Of a DNA stretch of 64,000 bases, positions 56,690 through 64,000 are shown piece by piece. A program made the translations under genes and the position numbers. Numbering within the stretch: the first letter of the stretch is position 1; every line of letters begins with the position of its first letter. Source of the DNA: the human T2T-CHM13v2.0 reference genome, Homo sapiens; the NCBI RefSeq assembly GCF_009914755.1, contig NC_060928.1; one strand, given 5' to 3'. The notes under the pieces are model-generated. The model was not told the origin of the DNA. It searched no databases and was given only the letters and a program-made list of their open reading frames with translations.

Positions 56690-57075
56690 TGTCAAGAAGT
56701 GACATTTTATATCTCAAGGAACTGATGCATAGCAAGGCTGAGCAACTTGTCCAACGTCACACAGCTGGAATATGGCAGAAACAGGAGTTAGGCCCAGTCT
56801 ACTTTCAGATGCTGTGGTCTTAACCACTCCATTTCTAAGGAAGAAACAGAAAACGGAAGGAAAATGGGAGCAATTCTGTCACCTGCTAGATACCTTGCAA
56901 TGGGCTTTAGCCACATTAACTCTCTTAATCCTGATATCTGTTCTAACATGATTGGCATTCTTACTCCATTTTACAGGTGACGAAGCAGAGGCTCAGAGAG
57001 GTTGATTAACTTGCCCAAAGTCACAAAGCCAAAATGCAGCAAGTTAGGAATCAAATCCAACCAGGCTCTGCTAGA
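56690..57075 (-). mobile_element. Two tandem MIR fragments
   Basis: aacttgtccaacgtcacacagctgg...cttaaccact and ccattttacaggtgacgaagcagaggctcagagaggtt...ttgcccaaagtcaca. Confidence 0.7.
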
Positions 57076-58009
57076 CTAAAGTGTGAAAGTTTGTGGCTGA
57101 AAATAAGCATGAGTTTGGGGAAGAAAACAAAATGTATTAAGAAGGCAGAGGAAACAAAGACCATGGGACGTATTTAGAAGCTGGCACCTCTGGTTCCTGA
57201 GAAAAACAACCCATCTAAATACAGGATAATGCCTGTTGGTAGAGTTCCCTTTATCACAGAGCCTTAGTGTTTACAGTGTTAGAAAGATGGTGAATCCAGT
57301 GTTTGGACCAAAGAAAGACAGTCCTGCACATCAAGCAAATCTTTTTATACCCAACAAACGGAGAGTTACTATGAAAGTAGCCAACTGCTTTTTCTTTGGC
57401 TGTCTTTACATCTTCTCACTCTAAATTATTATGATCATTTACTTCCCCATTTCCAAAACTTATGAAGCACCAAATAATTATTAGTTGTTTTGTTGTTATT
57501 TTGCATCATTTGCTAGTCCACAGCTAAAATGTTCCCCCAACCTTAAGCTAGATAGGAGCAATGCAATTATGACACAGGAGCAAAAGAAGCTCATTAACAT
57601 ATCCGTGACTGACACAGAAGATCATTAATTAGGCATTCTGAGCATAAGTATATATGTATAAATTAGCATCTATTCACCATTTAAACTGTAAGAGATTTTT
57701 CATATCTGAATATTAACTATGTTGGAAAATTACTAAGTTTTCCTGAGTGAATTCCACAAACAATACCCATCCTTGATAACAAAAATAAAATGAAGATAAG
57801 GGATTCTATGAGCTGACCCAGACACAGTAGAGTCTAAGGACGTTATCACTCTTTATTTATGAATGTCTTCATTTATCCATTTCCTCTTTTTTGTGTTTCT
57901 GGCTACCCTCCTTGCTGGGTGTTTCATGTGGACCATCTTATATGGAGAATGTTTAGATGAGGTACTCCTGCTGACATTCCAGAGATGCTGTACCTCTCTC
58001 TGAATTCTG

Positions 58010-58350
58010 TCATCATTCATTCATTTATTCTTTCAATAAATATTTATTGAGTGTAACCTATGTTCAAAAGACAGTGTGGAGGATACCTACATGAATATGG
58101 CAGAGTTTCTATTCTCAAGAATTCATAGTCTAGCAGGAAAGATGAGACAGATAGTGCACTCATAAAGCTAAAAGGTTCGGTGTACAGTTACAATTGCCAG
58201 AGCCCAAACCCTACTCAGAAGAGGAATAGACTTCTGCCAGGGGGAAGACTGGGAAATGCTCCATGAGAGAGGTGGCATTGAAGCAGGACATTAGTGATCC
58301 TAGAAGAAGCAGATCTGGCAAATTTGGGGCATGTCAAGAGAGTCACTTAT
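58010..58350 (-). mobile_element. L2 3' end
   Basis: cattcattcatttattctttcaataaatatttattgagtg...ctcaagaattcatagtctag. Confidence 0.7.
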
Positions 58351-61300
58351 GCAAGAAACCAGAGCCAGATTGATGCCTATCTTCACGTTCAGGTCTTGAA
58401 TTTTGTGCTACGTCTGTGGTCCATAGAACTCCACCCCCATTTTGTTTTAATGAGTCTGAAGTACTTATCCTTTTTCAGGCCTTCAGAAAACTACTAATAT
58501 CAGGACCAAAATGATAATAATACTCTATTGTCCTTCACACATAGGACAATGATACTAATTACTTCGTAGAGCTTGTGCTTGCATTGTTATTCTTGCAATA
58601 GTATTGGACTCATGCCAGCACATCCATTGTTCTTTGTTGATTTTTCTTGCCACCAGTGGCATACTTTTGTAAAATGGCTATCCTGGGTGAGGGATGGGAT
58701 TTGCAGTTCTGAGACCATTTTTTCTAGGTGGGGCTCACTAGTCTGTGTTGAGACTGAATCAAGGAGCGTGGTCTTTTGGGCATCAGATTATAACTACCTG
58801 CTCTCACCAACCACATTAGTTTAACTGATATGTCTTTTCTGGAGAAAGAACTAAAGCATTTTACTGAAATCTCCTAGATGAAGAAAGGCAGTTAACTGAG
58901 TAGCTTGTAAGTGGGGTAAAATCTCAGAGCTCTCACAGTTCTTGACATCTACCTGTAAAAACCAGGTAGCCCATAGATCAGTGCGTTCAAGGAACAGGCA
59001 TGGAGTGTGGACCTTTCCTAACCGTCTTGATTCTGCATCCATGGAATTCAGACTATGGGGGCTTTCAGGCAGAAATCCTTATTCCAAGGCTTCCATAGCA
59101 CTTTAGTTCTTAAAATGCCTTGGAAATGTTTCAAGACATATCTGCTTCATACTGGGTACTGCTCTATGGCAGAAAAGAAAGCTGCTTTCAAGGTGAGATT
59201 TCAGGTGTGCTCATGGAATTAAAAAACAAACAAACAAACAAAAACTGGCCAGCAGCAGTTTTAATGAGCATGTGAGCCTTTTCCGCCTCAGCGAGTGGCA
59301 GGTATTGAAGTTTCCGGGGCACTCTGGGTCCTGAAGGAAGTGAACAGCTTACCTATAATGGACTAATCTGGGAAAACATTGACGGTATTGAGGAAAGAAC
59401 TATCTGGGATCATGACTGCTGATTTCTTCCATGCTGCTAGTGAAATATAAATGTATCTTTTGTTTGAGGGGCAGATTTATGTATAACAAGTATAAATATT
59501 CCATTTTTCTAATGCAAGTAGAACTTTTTAAGGTCATTAGTACCCATGATTAAAAGGGTAAGGAAATTCTTGACTTTTAGATCATTACAGGAGATAACAA
59601 TGAATTCATTAATTAAAAAACTATTCACTAGGATCATGTTCTATACCCTACCCTGTGCCTGGCATGTCATAGACACAGACAAATTGAAAAGCAGAGACTA
59701 TCATTTAGCTGGAGAGAACCACAGAGATCCAAGTACATGCTTGTCCTAGAAATTCAGAGGAAAGGAAAGCTCGTGATGGTTTGAGGTCATTCCAGAAACC
59801 CTACATTGGGGGAGGAAGGTATGGAGCTGGGTTTTACAGAAAATGAGGGAGTTACATGATCTTCATGACAAAGGACATAGCTTGAATCTTGGAAGTACAC
59901 AGAGAATAAGAATCTTGCTTGGATCATCTCAATAGAAAATTCTCGAATTTCATTGTGTCAAAGAAGGAATATGAACATTCTGTCCTGTGCACTCTGCTGA
60001 AATGTGTCTGTTTTAAAAGATAATTGGCTTCAGCATTGCATTTGCCCCTTCTCCCTCACTACCTTTTAAAATTGGACAAAGCTCTTCCCATGGTGGTCTT
60101 CAGAGAAAAACAGAATCCTGGATTTTATGCTGGAGCTCCTCTGCTATACCAAGGGTAGGTTGGTAAAGCTTCACAGAAAGAGATGTTCTGAGCCCAACCT
60201 ATGGAGACACGTTCCAATTTAGGCTGTGGGATGAAAATTACAGGGCAGCCACAGAGGCAAGTTTAAAATTAGGACAAACTTCTCTTTGGGTCTCTTAAGC
60301 CTCAAAGAGTTAGTAGATGAGGCAAAGGAAAATGGGGGAAAAATTAACAGCAGGAACTTGAAAAGCAAAATCCCCAGACTTCTGTTCCTTCCCAGGGTCC
60401 TCCTGACATCCTTAGCTTTTCTGCACATCTGAAAATCGGCAGAAAGAGCGGAGTCCCACAGCTGCTTCCTAGAAGCCACTGCTTAACTTTGGACCTGTGA
60501 GGAAATCCTGGTGGCAAATAGGTCAAGATAATCCTGGCTAAGAAAGAAGGAAGAGAAAAAAAAAATGAGGCAAATGTTCTTTAGCCCAAGTCCTTTTCCT
60601 CAAGTCTCTGTCAACAGTAACCCAGGTGACTTGAGTTCAAAAGGAGCCACAGGTGTCAGTCAGCCTCAAGTCAAGACCCAGGAGATAGCTCTGTTGGGTG
60701 CATGGAGCCTTCTCAGATGTGCTTACGTCACTGGTTCCAGTCTGGCAAAAGATCTGGGTTTGCAGGTAACGACCACCTCTCGACTGCACTACCAGCTAAG
60801 AAGCACTAGCCATCCTCCCTGAAGAGGTGGCCTCTCTGGGGAAACAACATGGGGGCTCTAAGCTGTGTTTTCTTCTTGCCTCTGCAATTTTGCCTGTTTC
60901 TCAAAGCTACTAAAAACATCACCTGCAGTTATCTTCTTTTGAGATTATTTTGACTGGATGCTTTTGTTTGTTAAGAGTTTGAACTCCTTCGAGGAATTCA
61001 ATGATTACTAAATAGAGAACAAATTATTCCTACTTTTCCACAGAAAGAGGTGTTTTCACCTGAACACCAGATGTTTTCAAAAAGCTCAAGGGTATACACA
61101 CTCAACTACCAACAAATACGTTCCATTAGATTATCCTGGAGTCGAAACAGAATGGGGGAGGACCCAGTCAATTCCATCATCCTGGCAAGGTCCCACAATG
61201 AGCCTGTTGTGGGCCCCCCTTTTTGGAAGTCATTTGTTAGGTTCACTTCCTGGGGACAGACTGTTTTAGATGTGCCTGGATTTCTAGTTCCACATTCCTA

Positions 61301-61527
61301 TGAGCCAGAAAGTAGAATACAATAAAATGTAGAAGAATGGCTGTTTTCACGTGTGACTTCCTTACTGATGATCTGAAGAGTATTTACAAAGTTTGTTAAA
61401 GGAAATGCCCATATTTGGTTATGTCACTCTTTGGAAAAAAGTTTTCAATAAACAGGAAGTAAAATGAGTCTCCAAATAAAGTATAAGTACATTCCTAACC
61501 TAATGCATCATGAGAACTAAGACACAA

Positions 61528-61835
61528 AGCCGGGCACGGTGGCTCACACTTGTAATCCCAGCACTTTGGGAGGTTGAGGCAGGTGGATCACTTGGGCTCA
61601 GGAGTTCAAGACCAGCCTGGGAAACATGGCAAAACTCTGTCTCTATAAAAAAATACAAAAAATTAGGTGGGCATGGTGGCATGTGCCTGTGGTCCCAGCT
61701 ACTTGAGAGGCTGGAGGCTCAGGTGGGAGGATTGCTTGAGCCCAGGAGGTCAAGGCTGCAGTGAGCCAAGATCATGCCACCGCATTCCAGCCTGGCCAAC
61801 AGGGTGAGATCCTGTTTTTGTTTTTTTTTTTTAAA
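61528..61835 (+). mobile_element. AluJ with T-rich 3' end
   Basis: J diagnostics ggaggattgcttgagcccaggaggtcaaggctgcagtgagcc. Confidence 0.9.
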
Positions 61836-62309
61836 GTTAGACACTTTAGAGGGTTATGGCTTATCTAAAGTGGTGATGTTAAACCTATAACTTTCTCTGT
61901 CCAGAGAGTTAATAAATCAACTCATCATATCAGTGGGCCTTTCTCAATAGGTGTTGCCGTTTAGCCTACAAAACTCACTTTGTCAGAGCTATTTCAGCTC
62001 AAGTTAGAGCATAACTAGTTAGACAACTTGATCTCATTGAAATATTTGGTGCCTGCTGATATGTTCAAACAAATTCACCAGATCTTGATTATGTTCTGGC
62101 AATTAAAGCTATTAAGTCAGTAGATAGACAGCAGGTTATTTCATTGCTGGTAGAAAAAGTCAGCTTTCTTTTCTCCCCTTTTTATGTGACAGCACTGTAA
62201 TTAGCCTTAATCAAATACTATTTGTGTTAGGTGCTGTAACTTTGCTTTCTTAGCCAGGAAACTCTGCCAATCTAGGAAAAGTAGAAATACAACTTCGGTC
62301 AAAAAGCAA

Positions 62310-62410
62310 GAAAGATAGGGATAGGGTATTTGAGAACTCTCTGTGCTATCTTTGCAACTTCTCTGTAAATCTAAAACTGTTCTAAAATTAAAACTTTAAT
62401 TTTTAAAAAC
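62310..62410 (+). mobile_element. L1MC/MD extreme 3' end
   Basis: gaactctctgtgctatctttgcaacttctctgtaaatctaaaactgttctaaaat. Confidence 0.7.
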
Positions 62411-62802
62411 CAAGAAAAAGAGAGGAAGAGAGGAATGAGAGAGAGAGGCTGTTGAAAGTGAGGCTTCAACTGTAGCAGCATAACATGTAAAAGCAAGCTT
62501 TTAGAAGTAGTCAATTCATTTAGAAAATATGGTTCCTCTGGAAATTCCAGGTTAACCCTCTTGTTACATGGGGGAATGCCTTGGTGCTTCTTTTTTTTAC
62601 CACTGCAAATAAGTATGTAATGGAGACTACAGCCAGGTAAAGGGAATGGCAATAATCATGAATAAAACTGATTTTTTTTTTAACCATTCATCCAAACTTC
62701 TAGTTTATTTTTCCGTGTTTTAAACCCACCATTTATTTTAACATCCCTGGAAGAAAGAGCTCTTCAGATCGTTTTGGGAATGAAGTTAGTGAAGAGGTGA
62801 GG

Positions 62803-63122
62803 CAGGGTTTCTCAAACTTTAATGTGCATACAAGTTGGGTGCAGTGGATCATCCCTGTAGTCCCAGCTATTCAGGAGGCTAAGGCAGGAGGATAGCCTGA
62901 GGCCAGGAGTTCAAGACTAGCTTGGGCAACATAGCGAGACCCCTTTGTCTTAACTAACTAACTAAATAAATAAACAAACACACAGACAAATCTCCTAGGG
63001 ATCTTGTGAAATAACACATTTTGATTTGGGAGGTCTAGAATGGTCCCCAAGATTGTGTTTGTAGAAAGCGTCTATTTGATGCCAAAGCTACCGGTCCACA
63101 GACCATAGTTTGAGTAGCAAGG
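62803..63122. mobile_element. MER5-family MITE split by a FLAM
   Basis: cagggtttctcaaactttaatgtgcatacaa ... ggtccacagaccatagtttgagtagcaagg. Confidence 0.7.
62834..62985 (+). mobile_element. FLAM_A-like Alu monomer
   Basis: cctgtagtcccagctattcaggaggct...ggccaggagttcaagac...gggcaacatagcgagaccc followed by a (TAAC/TAAA) tail. Confidence 0.8.
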
Positions 63123-63714
63123 GTACAAAAACTAGTAATTAAGTAAGTGCAACTGGCCAGAAGTAGAACCATGGTATCTTGTCTACGTGGCCGACAATGA
63201 AACATCGGTATGAAGCAGTTGCCAACAAACAGATACTCACTTTCTATTTTCCTTGGCCAATAATACCTTGTGTCAAATTTTCAAAATGCATTGGTAAAAT
63301 GGCATTATACCTTGGGTCAGACTATTAGCTCAGAGAATCCCAATAATGGAAGTAACTATTCTTGTTCAAAGTGCCCCAGCCATGATAGGGAGGCATCAGA
63401 GACAATTGTAAAAGCAATGATCTGATCTTTATTTATTATTTGGACTCTATGTTTCCTCATACCTCAAATTCTGTATCTGTACAATATTAGCAACTAGAAC
63501 TAGTAATATTTTGAGTTTAAGGAAGAAATGTCACACAACTCTTAGAGCCTCCCAGAGGTACTCTGTCATTTTAAGAGATGATGATGGCTATGTTCCACAG
63601 GAGACAACCCTGCCATATGGCTGACATTCACTTGACAACAATATGATTCATTTCACTCCATCCAAAATGGTAAGATAGGCCATTAATGACTTTGAATAAC
63701 TGAAAAACATATTT

Positions 63715-63739
63715 TTACAGGCATGAGCCACCGCACCCA
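63715..63739 (-). mobile_element. Alu 5'-end mini-fragment between 19-bp direct repeats
   Basis: ttacaggcatgagccaccgcaccca is the reverse complement of Alu nt ~4-28; flanks actgaaaaacatattttta x2. Confidence 0.75.
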
Positions 63740-63758
63740 CTGAAAAACATATTTTTAA

Positions 63759-64000
63759 AAATACCTTTTGACCCAGCAATCCCATTGCTGGGTATATACC
63801 CAAAGGAATATAAATCGTTCTACTATAAAGACACATACGTTTATTGCAGCACTATTTACAACAGCAAAGACATGGAACCAACCCAAATGCCCATCAATGA
63901 TAGACTGGATAAAGAACATGTGGTACATATACAACATGGAATACTGTGCAACCATAAAAAGGAATGAGATCATGTCCTTTGCAGGGGCATGGATGAAGCT
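63759..64000 (+). mobile_element. 5'-truncated L1PA (about L1PA7/8), continues past the window end
   Basis: aataccttttgacccagcaatcccattgctgggtatatacccaaaggaatataaatc...gagatcatgtcctttgcag, end of ORF2. Confidence 0.9.

Noticed and set aside
63699-63757. Repeat-spacer-repeat resembling a minimal CRISPR array
   Set aside because: Only two repeats, primate DNA, the spacer is Alu-derived and there are no cas genes; a TSD explains it

Overview
This is primate, almost certainly human, non-coding genomic DNA, either intronic or intergenic. The evidence is about 20 Alu-family SINEs (FAM/FLAM, AluJ, AluS, AluY), a young L1PA2 with a 5' inversion, older L1M/L2/L3 LINEs, MIRs, MaLR/ERVL solo LTRs, hAT/Tigger MITEs and microsatellites. 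I recognise no protein-coding gene. Most listed ORFs come from repeats or are chance; the only clear protein homology is an L1 ORF2 C-terminal remnant. I cannot name the locus, and I see no evidence for a new multi-gene system. The most notable retrotransposition structures are: (1) an Alu and a twin-primed L1PA2 inserted successively at the same L1-endonuclease site, leaving a triplicated target (43.5-44.8 kb); (2) a ~25-nt Alu 5'-end remnant between perfect 19-bp direct repeats, abutting another L1 (63.7 kb). The most notable candidate splice/promoter features are: (3) a 15/12/9-nt NAGNAGNAG microexon (51.45 kb) and a 210-nt open symmetric exon (37.5 kb) on the + strand; (4) a possible minus-strand alternative promoter/first exon near 1.7-2.6 kb. 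Repeat subfamily calls and old-repeat boundaries were made by eye from remembered consensus sequences and are approximate.
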